From NCBI GenBank assembly GCA_046094385.1, contig JBJTHJ010000027.1, positions 5,800 through 69,799 on the forward strand: a DNA stretch of 64,000 nt, in the 5' to 3' direction. Made by a program: the position numbers and the translations under genes. Below are positions 1 through 9,041 of this stretch, piece by piece; within the stretch, counting starts at the first letter, position 1, and the number at the start of each line of letters is the position of its first letter. The notes under the pieces were generated by a model. The model was given only the letters and a program-made list of their open reading frames with translations, was not told the DNA's origin and ran no database searches. The stretch comes from Candidatus Nanopelagicaceae bacterium (lineage in GTDB: Bacteria > Actinomycetota > Actinomycetes > Nanopelagicales > Nanopelagicaceae).

Positions 1-356
1 ACTAATTCTGGATATAAGCCAACCAAGGCTGCCGTAACGAAACCACCCATTGAATGTCCGATTACATCTGGTTTACCACCGATAAATTTGATGACCTCAG
101 CTAAGTCTTTAGCATGTTGCGCCATTCCAAATGGACCGGGTAACGAATTTGAATCTCCACGCCCGCGTAGATCAACTGCAAATACCGACTTGCCTCGTGC
201 GATCAATGAATCGGCGAAGAATTGAAAGGCGCGATTTGAAGAGGTGACTCCATGGATTAGCAGGACCGGTTGCACATTGGTTCCAGTACCAAAGCGAAAT
301 AACGCCAAATTGCCGCCGGCCACCGGAACTTCGAATTTCGCAGTTGGTGTGGACAT
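1..356 (-). CDS. alpha/beta-fold hydrolase (N-terminal part only; gene runs off the window start)
   Basis: Own translation of the minus strand from the ATG at 356 gives MSTPTAKFEVPVAGGNLALFRFGTGTNVQPVLLIHGVTSS...DLRGRGDS...VIGHSMGGFV. It shows the HG oxyanion motif and the GHSMG nucleophile elbow. It is absent from the ORF track because it is truncated by the window edge. Confidence 0.7.
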   Translation of the reverse strand, partial: MSTPTAKFEVPVAGGNLALFRFGTGTNVQPVLLIHGVTSSNRAFQFFADSLIARGKSVFAVDLRGRGDSNSLPGPFGMAQHAKDLAEVIKFIGGKPDVIGHSMGGFVTAALVGLYPEL

Positions 357-549
357 GTAGAGAAGTCTGCCCTTACTAAGTCCGATACATCTACTTTTCG
401 AGCTGTTTTCGGACTGTTGGTTTACTCTCAAGTAGGCAGAAATCCGCTCTTTTCCGGTTGATTTCAATGGCTTGCAGGGTAAAAGTTATAAAACGGATAC
501 CTAATCTAGATATAAATGCCTGCCTCCAACCAATAGCCTTCTCGCTAAG

Positions 550-567
550 AGGGTCGGGCCCGGCCCT
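550..567. repeat. GC-rich 18-nt near-perfect palindrome AGGGTCGGGCCCGGCCCT, 27 nt upstream of the ABC substrate-binding protein start
   Basis: Read directly. The reverse complement differs only at one symmetric position pair (a T.G wobble if folded as RNA). It lies in an otherwise AT-rich divergent intergenic region. Function is unknown (operator or 5'UTR hairpin). Confidence 0.5.
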
Positions 568-593
568 ATAGAAAACTAAGTCAAGGAGAATAA

Positions 594-1754
594 ATGAGCA
601 AGCGCTCACTTCTAGCAACAGTTGCACTTGCAGCTGTTGCAGTCATTGCGCCTTCAATGGCGCCAGCTCAGGCTGCTTCAGAAATCAAGATTGGTGTAAT
701 CACCTCTACCTCAGGACCTTTGAAGTCATATGGTGATGCATATGTCGATGGTCTTAACTGGGGCTTGAACTATTACACCCAAGGCAAGATGACCGTTAAT
801 GGTCAGAAGCTAGTGGTAACCACAAAAGATGATGCTGGCGATCCAACTTCAGCCACTGCATCTTTCAAGGAGATGGTTGGTAACGGAACCAAGATCATCG
901 TCGGTACTGCTTCATCAACAGTGGCTCTGGCTCTAGCACCACTTGCACAGCAGAATAAAGTTCTATTAATTACTGGCCCTGCAAAGTCAGACTTAATTAC
1001 CAATGCTGCTAACAAGTATGTATTCCGTTCCGGAAATACCTCGATCCAAGATTTGGCACCACTTGCAGGAATCAAGCCAATCTCAGGTCGCAAAGTTGTA
1101 CTTTTCGTTGAAGATAACGCATTCGGTGCTTCAAACATCGCAGCAGCTCGCGGTTTGATGGGTCCACGTGGCGCAACATTCCAGGAGATCAAGGTTCCAA
1201 CCTCAACCTCTGATTTCACTCCATTTGCAAAGCAAGCAGCTGATGCAAAGGGTTCATACATCTTTATCGCATGGTCAAATGCTTTGACTGCAGGTGCGAT
1301 GTTGACCTCACTTAAGGTTCAAGGTGCATTCACCAAGCAACGTCCAATCACAGGACTTGCTGGTGCATCTACCTATAACATCTACGGAACCTTATTTGAA
1401 GGTACCCGCGCCATCATGACCAATAGCTACTTCGGTGGCGTTGGAAAGGGAGCTGCAGCTAGCCAATTAGCTTCAGATTTCGCACGTGATAAGAAAGCAC
1501 AAGATCTGTTCACCTGCACCGGTGCAGATGCTGCAAGAATGATCGTGCAAGCGCTCCGTGGTAACACAGATCAAGATGTTGACACAATGATCAGCAACCT
1601 TGAGGGCTTCTCATGGTCAGGCGTGAAGGGTTTGATGAAGATCAACCCAACCAATCACGTTCTAATCCAGCCTATGTTCTTGGTCTCACTTCGAAAGACA
1701 GCAGCGGGATATGTACCGCAGTTGGATAAGACCATTTTCAACGTATCGGCATAA
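594..1754 (+). CDS. ABC transporter substrate-binding protein, Leu/Ile/Val-binding-protein (Peripla_BP_6) family
   Basis: 386 aa ORF with RBS AAGGAGA upstream. N-terminal Sec signal peptide (LLATVALAAVAVIAPSMAPAQA/AS). The mature part begins IKIGVITSTSGPLKSYG, typical of LivK-like binding proteins. It is followed by LivGFHM-like genes. Confidence 0.85.
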   Translation: MSKRSLLATVALAAVAVIAPSMAPAQAASEIKIGVITSTSGPLKSYGDAYVDGLNWGLNYYTQGKMTVNGQKLVVTTKDDAGDPTSATASFKEMVGNGTKIIVGTASSTVALALAPLAQQNKVLLITGPAKSDLITNAANKYVFRSGNTSIQDLAPLAGIKPISGRKVVLFVEDNAFGASNIAAARGLMGPRGATFQEIKVPTSTSDFTPFAKQAADAKGSYIFIAWSNALTAGAMLTSLKVQGAFTKQRPITGLAGASTYNIYGTLFEGTRAIMTNSYFGGVGKGAAASQLASDFARDKKAQDLFTCTGADAARMIVQALRGNTDQDVDTMISNLEGFSWSGVKGLMKINPTNHVLIQPMFLVSLRKTAAGYVPQLDKTIFNVSA

Positions 1755-1774
1755 TAAAACTATATAAATAGAGA

Positions 1775-1820
1775 CCCCGGTCTGTTTTTAGTAAAAACTA
1801 GAAATAGACCGGGGTTTTTT
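1775..1820 (+). terminator. Rho-independent terminator / intra-operon attenuator after the binding-protein gene
   Basis: 9-bp GC-rich stem CCCCGGTCT (1775-1783) pairs with AGACCGGGG (1806-1814). The 22-nt loop contains a nested GTTTTT/AAAAAC stem. A T6 run follows at 1815-1820. Confidence 0.75.
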
Positions 1821-1869
1821 ATACCCTTGGCCAGGCTCGAAACATCGATGTTCCGATTGGAGATAGAGA

Positions 1870-2622
1870 TTGATTTCCGCATTGCATGTCAAAGATTTAT
1901 CGTTAACAATTGGTGGAGCCAAGATATTAGAGGGCATCACACTTGAAGTTAACCAAAATGAGACGCTCGGAATAATCGGTCCAAATGGTGCTGGAAAGAC
2001 CTCACTATTCAATCTTTTAAGTGGAGTTAGAAATCCAACTCGGGGCGAGATATTTCTAGGGCAGACCAATATCACTAATCTGCCGCCACATGATCGTGCC
2101 AAATTAGGCTTGGCTCGCACTTTTCAAACATCTTCGGTCTTCACAAATTTAACTTGCCTTGAGAATGTGCGTATCGCAGCACAAGCTGCAAATGGAAAAT
2201 CCATGAATTTAAGCAAGAACGCTTATAAATTCTCTGATGTGGTCGCCAAGGCACATGACTGCTTGGCAAAAGTTGGTTTGGCACCTAGAGCGCTACAAAT
2301 TGCCGGCTCCTTATCCCACGGAGATAAGCGAAGACTTGAGATTGCCATTGTGCTTGCTTCGAATAGCGATATCGTGATGTTGGATGAACCAATGGCTGGC
2401 ATGAGCGTGGAGAATGTTCCTGAATTAGTTGAGATCATCAAGTCCCTAAAAGAGGTGCATAAGAAGACAGTTCTGATTGTCGAGCATCATTTAGAGGTGA
2501 TCTTGGGCTTGGCAGATCGCATCGCAGTTCTAAATTATGGAGAACTATTGGTTTGTGACACCCCACAGAATGTGATCAATAATCCAACTGTGCAATCGGC
2601 TTATATCGGAGAAGCGCTATGA
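1870..2622 (+). CDS. ABC transporter ATP-binding protein (LivG-like)
   Basis: Walker A GPNGAGKT, signature LSHGDKRRLEIA, Walker B IVMLDEP. TTG start. The stop overlaps the next gene start (ATGA). Confidence 0.85.
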   Translation: MISALHVKDLSLTIGGAKILEGITLEVNQNETLGIIGPNGAGKTSLFNLLSGVRNPTRGEIFLGQTNITNLPPHDRAKLGLARTFQTSSVFTNLTCLENVRIAAQAANGKSMNLSKNAYKFSDVVAKAHDCLAKVGLAPRALQIAGSLSHGDKRRLEIAIVLASNSDIVMLDEPMAGMSVENVPELVEIIKSLKEVHKKTVLIVEHHLEVILGLADRIAVLNYGELLVCDTPQNVINNPTVQSAYIGEAL

Positions 2623-3320
2623 GCAATGTGCTTTCTGTCAAAGATCTGCATGTGACTATCAACCAATCGCACATTTTGCACGGCGTCACCTTCGAAGTCC
2701 CGGCCCGAAAAGTTACTGCGTTACTTGGTCGAAATGGAGTTGGAAAATCCACAACTTTGAAGACGATCATGGGTCTATATCCAGGCACCGGTTCAATTCA
2801 ATTAAATGGCAGAGAGATTCTGGGCGAAGATACCTACAAGATTGCACAGGCTGGCGCAGCATATGTCCCTGAGGATCGAGAGATCTTCTCTACCTTGTCA
2901 GTTCGCGAGAACTTAGCGCTTGCGGCTCGTGGCAAAAATCATGGCGATGCCTATAAATTTGTTCACACACTCTTTCCTGAACTTGATACTCGCGCAAATC
3001 AGCGTGCAGGTTCACTCTCTGGTGGGCAGCAACAGATGGTTGCAATTGCTCGAGCCTTACTTAATAAGAATGAGATTTTATTGGTCGATGAACCAACGAA
3101 GGGTTTAGCTCCAAAATTGGTTACCGAAGTGGCCGACGCCCTAGCGCAAGTCGCCCGCGAGAATACTATGTTGATTGTCGAACAGAATTTGGCTTTAGTA
3201 AGACGTATTGCAGAACATGTGATTGTCATGGATCAGGGCAAGGTCGTATACCAGGGAGAGCCGCAGGTATTAAATGATCATCAATGGGTACATCAGATGC
3301 TAGGAGTAGGTGGTAAGTAA
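2619..3320 (+). CDS. ABC transporter ATP-binding protein (LivF-like)
   Basis: Walker A GRNGVGKST, signature LSGGQQQMVAIARAL, Walker B LLVDEP. Confidence 0.85.
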   Translation: MSNVLSVKDLHVTINQSHILHGVTFEVPARKVTALLGRNGVGKSTTLKTIMGLYPGTGSIQLNGREILGEDTYKIAQAGAAYVPEDREIFSTLSVRENLALAARGKNHGDAYKFVHTLFPELDTRANQRAGSLSGGQQQMVAIARALLNKNEILLVDEPTKGLAPKLVTEVADALAQVARENTMLIVEQNLALVRRIAEHVIVMDQGKVVYQGEPQVLNDHQWVHQMLGVGGK

Positions 3321-4201
3321 TGTCAGCTTTCATACTTATTTTGATCACCGGAATTGGCCTTGGTGCGCTCTACTTCCTGGTGGCATCAGGTCTCTCATTG
3401 ATCTATGGATTGATGCATGTTCTAAATTTTGCGCACGGTGCCTTCTTATCCATCGGAGCCTTCTTCGGATTTTGGTACGCCAACAAATTCGGTTTCATGA
3501 TCACAACCCCGAAGTTCTTGCTTGCGATGCTAATCGGAGGACTTGGGGCAGGTGCCTTTGCCCTACTCATGGAACAACTTCTAATTACCCGCATGTATCA
3601 GAGAAACATCGACCAAGCGCTAGTTACTGTTGGAGTTTCGCTAGTAGTTGGAGCGCTCCTTGGTGGTTGGTTCGGCAATGATTTGATCCAATTCCCAGTT
3701 CCCGCTTGGTTCCTTACCGGTGTGAATGTATTTGGCGCGATTATCCCGGCAGATCGATTCTTGTATATCGCAACCGCAGTTGCACTTTTGATCGCCAATT
3801 GGGCGTTACTTAAATACACGCGCATCGGCTTAGTAATTAGAGCAGGAGTCGAAAACCGGAATATGGTGGCCGCGCTTGGCATCAATGTGCGCCGCGCATT
3901 TAGCACCGTCTTCTTCTTAGGTGGTTTTGCAGCAGGAGTCGGTGGCGTGCTGGTTGCAATCTACTCAAATGGCGTCTCTCCATTGATTGCCGGTCAATAT
4001 TTGATCTATGGATTTATTGTGGTGGTCATCGGTGGAATGGGTAGCGTGCCTGGTAGCTTCATAGCAGCGATGATGATCGGAGTAATTCGCCAGTTTGCGA
4101 ACTACTATGTAACTGGACTTGGTGATTTCGTCGTGATTATCCTGTTGGCTGGAGTCTTGCTGGTTCGACCACAAGGTCTTCTAGGTAAGGTGAGCGCATA
4201 A
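3320..4201 (+). CDS. branched-chain-type ABC transporter permease (LivH-like)
   Basis: 293 aa polytopic hydrophobic protein. TAATG overlap with the upstream ATPase gene. C-terminal LLVRPQGLLGK is typical of the LivH family. Confidence 0.8.
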   Translation: MSAFILILITGIGLGALYFLVASGLSLIYGLMHVLNFAHGAFLSIGAFFGFWYANKFGFMITTPKFLLAMLIGGLGAGAFALLMEQLLITRMYQRNIDQALVTVGVSLVVGALLGGWFGNDLIQFPVPAWFLTGVNVFGAIIPADRFLYIATAVALLIANWALLKYTRIGLVIRAGVENRNMVAALGINVRRAFSTVFFLGGFAAGVGGVLVAIYSNGVSPLIAGQYLIYGFIVVVIGGMGSVPGSFIAAMMIGVIRQFANYYVTGLGDFVVIILLAGVLLVRPQGLLGKVSA

Positions 4202-5217
4202 TGTTGCGTTGGAAATATTCTCGCCCATTACTAGCTTTACTGCTCTTTGTACTCGCGATCGCGCCACTTCTTGGCAACAATCCACTCTCAAGGCCCGGAC
4301 TACAACAGACTTTAGCTGTTGCATTCATCTTCGGTGGTTTGGCATTGACATATGACTTGCTCTTTGGATTTACCGGTCTACTCTCATTTGGCCATGCGCT
4401 CTTCTTCGCATCTGGAATCTATCTGACTTGCATCTTCATCAATTATGAAGTTTTCCCTTGGTATCTTGCGATGTTGGCAGCGGTGGCCATAACTGCACTC
4501 TTAGCGGCGCTTATTGGTGCAGCCTCTCTTCGCACCAAGGGAATCACCTTTGCGATGGTGACATTAGCCTTTGGTGAAGCCGGACATGTGGTGGTCAATC
4601 GAAATTTCTTTGGATTGACAGGTGGCGAGTACGGAATTGCTCTAAATGCTGAGAGAGTTCCACAATTCTGGATTGGCGTGGTCAATACCAAATATTTATA
4701 TTGGACTGCGCTCTTTGCACTGATCTTGGTTTACTTAGTTATTTGGTGGGTGACTGAAAGTTCTGCTGGACGAGTCTTTGCAGCGCTTCGTGATAATGAA
4801 CAGCGAGTTCAGGTTCTTGGTTTGAATCCACAGAGATTTAAGTTGCTCTCATTTGTAATCGCCGGAACGCTAGCGGGATTTTTAGGAGTGGTGATGTTGC
4901 TGGCTTCAGGTAGCGCAGCCCCTAGATTTGCTGAAGCTTCATTGACCATTGCGCTCTTGCTCATGGTGATCCTGGGTGGCGCAGTTACTAGATGGGGAGC
5001 TGTTTTAGGTGGCATCCTCTACTCTATTTCAACGACCCGTATGCAAGATCTAACCCAACAATCAGTTTTTAAAGATATCCCAAAGATCATCGGTGGGCCG
5101 ATCTCAGAACCTGCATTAACTCTTGGCATCCTCTTTATCCTGGTAGTTATGTTCGCACCAGGTGGACTATCTGGCGCTTACTACAAGTTGCGTGCGAGGG
5201 CGATCGCTAAGAAGTGA
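4201..5217 (+). CDS. branched-chain-type ABC transporter permease (LivM-like)
   Basis: 338 aa polytopic membrane protein. TAATG overlap with the LivH-like gene. The SFGHALFFASGIY motif is typical of the LivM family. Confidence 0.8.
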   Translation: MLRWKYSRPLLALLLFVLAIAPLLGNNPLSRPGLQQTLAVAFIFGGLALTYDLLFGFTGLLSFGHALFFASGIYLTCIFINYEVFPWYLAMLAAVAITALLAALIGAASLRTKGITFAMVTLAFGEAGHVVVNRNFFGLTGGEYGIALNAERVPQFWIGVVNTKYLYWTALFALILVYLVIWWVTESSAGRVFAALRDNEQRVQVLGLNPQRFKLLSFVIAGTLAGFLGVVMLLASGSAAPRFAEASLTIALLLMVILGGAVTRWGAVLGGILYSISTTRMQDLTQQSVFKDIPKIIGGPISEPALTLGILFILVVMFAPGGLSGAYYKLRARAIAKK

Positions 5218-7100
5218 TCTCTTCCGAAAAACCGCTTTGGCAACCCAAGGATCCGAAAGATACTGCGCTTGGAAGACTTCAAACTGAGAAGAACTTAGAT
5301 TATTGGTCGCTACATAAATGGAGTATCGAGAATCCCGGTGAATTCTGGTCTAAAGCTTGGGATGATCTCGGCTTAATTGGTAGCAAAGGTAGCAATCACT
5401 ACGAACCTGGCGCTCGATTTATTGACGCCAAATTTTTCCCTGAAGGCAAGATCAATGTCGCTGAGAATCTATTAAAACATGGCGAAGGTACTGCAATTAT
5501 TTCGATACTTGAAGATGGCTCAAAGCAAACTATCACTTACTCCGAATTAATTCAGTTAAGTGCTGCCTGTTCAGCCGCTATGCGGGCTGCTGGAATTGAA
5601 GCAGGCGATCGAGTAGTTGCTTGGGCGCCAAATGTTCCAGAGGTAATGATCTTTGCATTAGGCGCGCTTAGCATCGGCGCAATCGTCTCTACCGCATCTC
5701 CCGATTTTGCACCAAGTGCGGTGGCCGATCGCTTTGGGCAGATCGAACCTAAGCTTGCTCTGCTTGGAGATAACTATCAATATGGTGGTAAAAGCTTCGA
5801 TTTATCTGAAAAACGAGCTGAGATCATCAAGCTACTTCCGACTTTAAAAAATTCAATAGGTATCTCTGAATTTTCAAATTGGATCAAGCCTTACTTGAAA
5901 GTAGCACCAGATTACCAACCACTTCCCTTTGATCACCCTGGATTTGTACTTTTCTCATCCGGTACCACCGGAAAGCCAAAGTGCATAATTCATAGCGCAG
6001 CAGGAGTCATGCTTAAAGCTGGGGCCGAACAGCTATATCAATTCGACATCAAACCTGGAGAGAAGATTTTCTTCTTCACTACCTGCGGCTGGATGATGTG
6101 GAATTGGCTATTTATGTGCCTACTTCGGGGCAGCACCATAGTGCTATTCGATGGTTCACCGGTATATCCCAATGCCAGTCGGTTATTTGATATCGCCCAA
6201 TCAGAGCAGATCAATTTTTTTGGAGTTTCAGCTAAATATATAGATGGCATCAAGAAATCAGGTCTAATTCCGAAAGCCACTCACGATCTCTCAAGTATCC
6301 GAATGATTGGTTCAACAGGTTCAGTCTTAGTCCCAGAGAGCTTTGATTACATCTATGAAAGCGTCAAAGAAGATGTACACCTAGCCTCATTATCGGGCGG
6401 TACCGATATCTGTGGTTGCTTTGTGGCATCGATTCCAACTTTGCCCGTTTATCGCGGAGAGATTCAAGGTCCTTGCCTTGGAATGGCTACCAAAGTATTT
6501 GATACAAATGGAGTTGAGGCAAAGGATGGCGAAAAGGGAGAGTTGGTCTGCACTACGCCCTTTCCATCCAAACCAATTGGCTTTTGGGGCGATAATGAGA
6601 ATCAAAAGTATCTATCCGCATACTTTGCAGGGTTCCCTGAGGTTTGGACACATGGTGATTTCGCTGCCAGAGGTACAACCGGTGGATTTACACTCTACGG
6701 TAGAAGTGATGCCACGCTAAATTCCCGTGGCGTACGCATTGGAACTGCTGAGATCTACCGAGTGGTTGAGACATTCCCTGAGATCCTAGAGAGCATGGCG
6801 GTATCTCAAGATTGGCAGAACGATACGAGGGTAATCCTATTTATAACGCTAAAACCTGGCGCAAAATTTGATGATGAGCTTGCAAATAGAATCAAGAAAT
6901 CTCTACGTGAAGATGCCAGCCCACGACATGTGCCAGATAAGATTTTGATAGCACCCGAGTTGCCACGTACTAAATCCAACAAATTAGTAGAACTGGCAGT
7001 TACCGATGTGATCAATGGACGCGAAGTAAGAAATAGAGATGCGCTGGCCAATCCGACTGCCTTGGATTGGTTTAGGAATCTCCCAGAGCTTTCAGAGTAA
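5214..7100 (+). CDS. acetoacetyl-CoA synthetase (acetoacetate-CoA ligase), AMP-forming
   Basis: 628 aa. The N-terminus (PLWQP...ENPGEFWSKAWDDLG) is characteristic of acetoacetyl-CoA synthetases. AMP-binding motif FSSGTTGKPKCI. GTG start overlaps the permease stop (GTGA). Confidence 0.8.
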   Translation: MISSEKPLWQPKDPKDTALGRLQTEKNLDYWSLHKWSIENPGEFWSKAWDDLGLIGSKGSNHYEPGARFIDAKFFPEGKINVAENLLKHGEGTAIISILEDGSKQTITYSELIQLSAACSAAMRAAGIEAGDRVVAWAPNVPEVMIFALGALSIGAIVSTASPDFAPSAVADRFGQIEPKLALLGDNYQYGGKSFDLSEKRAEIIKLLPTLKNSIGISEFSNWIKPYLKVAPDYQPLPFDHPGFVLFSSGTTGKPKCIIHSAAGVMLKAGAEQLYQFDIKPGEKIFFFTTCGWMMWNWLFMCLLRGSTIVLFDGSPVYPNASRLFDIAQSEQINFFGVSAKYIDGIKKSGLIPKATHDLSSIRMIGSTGSVLVPESFDYIYESVKEDVHLASLSGGTDICGCFVASIPTLPVYRGEIQGPCLGMATKVFDTNGVEAKDGEKGELVCTTPFPSKPIGFWGDNENQKYLSAYFAGFPEVWTHGDFAARGTTGGFTLYGRSDATLNSRGVRIGTAEIYRVVETFPEILESMAVSQDWQNDTRVILFITLKPGAKFDDELANRIKKSLREDASPRHVPDKILIAPELPRTKSNKLVELAVTDVINGREVRNRDALANPTALDWFRNLPELSE

Positions 7101-8315
7101 TTTCATTTTGTAAGCTGCGCGCTCTAATTCTGACTTGGCATCTGGATGTGCGGCATGTTTAATGATATTTGCAGCCTGCTCACTCGTTGGATGGCCAAAG
7201 CAAGGGGCCACGCCCTGTTCGGTCACTACATATGAGTGCTGAAAAGATGTAACTGGCGTGGTTAATTCGGGGATAATCGTTGAGACATTAGCCTTGGGAT
7301 GCCATGATGGCAGCGCTATAAAGGATTGACCACCACGAGAGTGCAGCGCTCCAACAATGAAATCTGTTGAACCACCGAATCCTGAGTAGATCTCACCTCT
7401 TACATATGAGGCATTTGCTTGATCGTATAGATCTACTTGGAGTGCAGAGTTAATGGAATTCATCTTGGCTTGGCGCGCAATCAACGAAGGATCATTAGAA
7501 ACCTCGGTTCGACGCATCCGGATTCTTCGATTTAGATTTACCCAATCGTATAGTTCGCGAGTTCCAAAGAGAAAAGATGCATTTAGCGGCATATCCTCAT
7601 CTAGCGCACCTGCCTTATGAAGTTCTAATACCCCATCGCTAAACATTTCAGTCCAGATCCGCATCTCTTTTCGATCTTTAAGCGAGGCAAGCACTGCATC
7701 TGGAACACCACCAATTCCAAGTTGAAGCGTTGAATTATTCTCGATTAATGCAGCTATTCGACCCCCGATTTCAAGTTGCAAATCGGTGATCTCTGTGGCC
7801 GCCTTCTCCATGAGTGGCTCATCTACCTCTATTAGGTAATCAATTTCGGATTCATAGACTTGAGCATCGCCATACGTATACGGCATCTGTTTGTTTGCTT
7901 GTGCAATGACAATTCCATTTCGAGATCGCGCCGCCTCTATAGCAGCTGGCAGGATATTTACCTCTACTCCTAATGAAACGGTGTCATAGCGCTTCGGTGA
8001 GCTATGAATGAAGACGATATCCGGCCGATAATGGTCACGAAAAAGAATTGGAACCATGGATAGTCGTGATGGAATGTAGTTCAGTCGTGGATGAGAGCGC
8101 ATTCCAGGGCCAACAAACGCACTCTCGTAACTGATGCCTTCGCGATCTGGAATGCCAGGATGGGCATTTAACATATTTAACTTAAATGTTTCGATTGATT
8201 CATTGGCCGCTTGCAGCAACGTCTTTGGTGGCGCAAAGTTACCTGAGGCGACGATTCGTGGATTCGAATATCCAGAAAGCAAGCCTCTGAGTTGTTCGTA
8301 ATTGATTACGCGCAT
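7092..8315 (-). CDS. acetyl-CoA hydrolase/transferase family protein (4-hydroxybutyrate/short-chain acyl CoA-transferase-like)
   Basis: 407 aa. The SGFGGSTDFIVGA motif matches the GGxxDF signature of this CoA-transferase family. Its 3' end overlaps the synthetase 3' end by 9 nt (convergent). Confidence 0.7.
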   Translation of the reverse strand: MRVINYEQLRGLLSGYSNPRIVASGNFAPPKTLLQAANESIETFKLNMLNAHPGIPDREGISYESAFVGPGMRSHPRLNYIPSRLSMVPILFRDHYRPDIVFIHSSPKRYDTVSLGVEVNILPAAIEAARSRNGIVIAQANKQMPYTYGDAQVYESEIDYLIEVDEPLMEKAATEITDLQLEIGGRIAALIENNSTLQLGIGGVPDAVLASLKDRKEMRIWTEMFSDGVLELHKAGALDEDMPLNASFLFGTRELYDWVNLNRRIRMRRTEVSNDPSLIARQAKMNSINSALQVDLYDQANASYVRGEIYSGFGGSTDFIVGALHSRGGQSFIALPSWHPKANVSTIIPELTTPVTSFQHSYVVTEQGVAPCFGHPTSEQAANIIKHAAHPDAKSELERAAYKMKLL

Positions 8316-8372
8316 GGTCTTGATTTTATTCTTTTGTACGTTAATAATTTAGAGAAATTAAGTGGCAGCACC

Positions 8373-9041
8373 TTAAAGATTGTGATTTGCTCGCAACTTG
8401 CCTGCTTGCTCACGCCATTTTGCGATCTCAGCATGATTTCCAGATAAGAGCACCTCGGGTACCTCCAAGCCTCGCCAGTTTGCTGGCTTGGTGAAGGTGG
8501 GATATTCAATGAAACCTTCAGTGACATGTGATTCCTCTTGAATGGATTCGGGATTTCCCAAGACTCCTGGGATCAATCTAGTAATCGCCTCTGTGATGGC
8601 AAGTGCGGCCACTTCACCACCATTTAAAACGTAATCACCAATTGAGACTTCGCGAACTTTGAATCCGCAATTTACGTAATACTGACGAACTCGATCATCT
8701 ATGCCTTCATAGCGACCACAGGCAAAAATCAAATGTTGTGAAGCAGATAGCTCCAGAGCCATACGTTGATTAAATCGCTTGCCGGCAGGGGTGAGGATAA
8801 TCAGTTCGGAATCTTTGGTGATTAACTTATCAATGGCTTCTCCCCAAACTTCGGGCATCATCACCATCCCAGCCCCGCCACCATAAGGAGTGTCATCAAC
8901 TTGCCTATGTACATTGGTGGCGTGATCTCGTAGATCATGAACTGAAATTTCAAGCAATGATTTTTCTTGGGCTTTGCCAATCAGCGAAAGATTCAAACTC
9001 TGAAAGTATTCAGGAAAGATCGATATGTAATCTAATTTCAT
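8373..9041 (-). CDS. trmD: tRNA (guanine37-N1)-methyltransferase
   Basis: MKLDYISIFPEYF..., ACGRYEGIDDRV motif, 222 aa. Lies in the canonical rpsP-KH-rimM-trmD operon. Confidence 0.95.
   Translation of the reverse strand: MKLDYISIFPEYFQSLNLSLIGKAQEKSLLEISVHDLRDHATNVHRQVDDTPYGGGAGMVMMPEVWGEAIDKLITKDSELIILTPAGKRFNQRMALELSASQHLIFACGRYEGIDDRVRQYYVNCGFKVREVSIGDYVLNGGEVAALAITEAITRLIPGVLGNPESIQEESHVTEGFIEYPTFTKPANWRGLEVPEVLLSGNHAEIAKWREQAGKLRANHNL

Noticed and set aside
391-627. 78-aa minus-strand ORF spanning the intergenic region and the start of the binding-protein gene.
   Set aside because: It overlaps the well-supported RBS and start of the ABC binding protein. It has no motif and no RBS, and its sequence is not protein-like.
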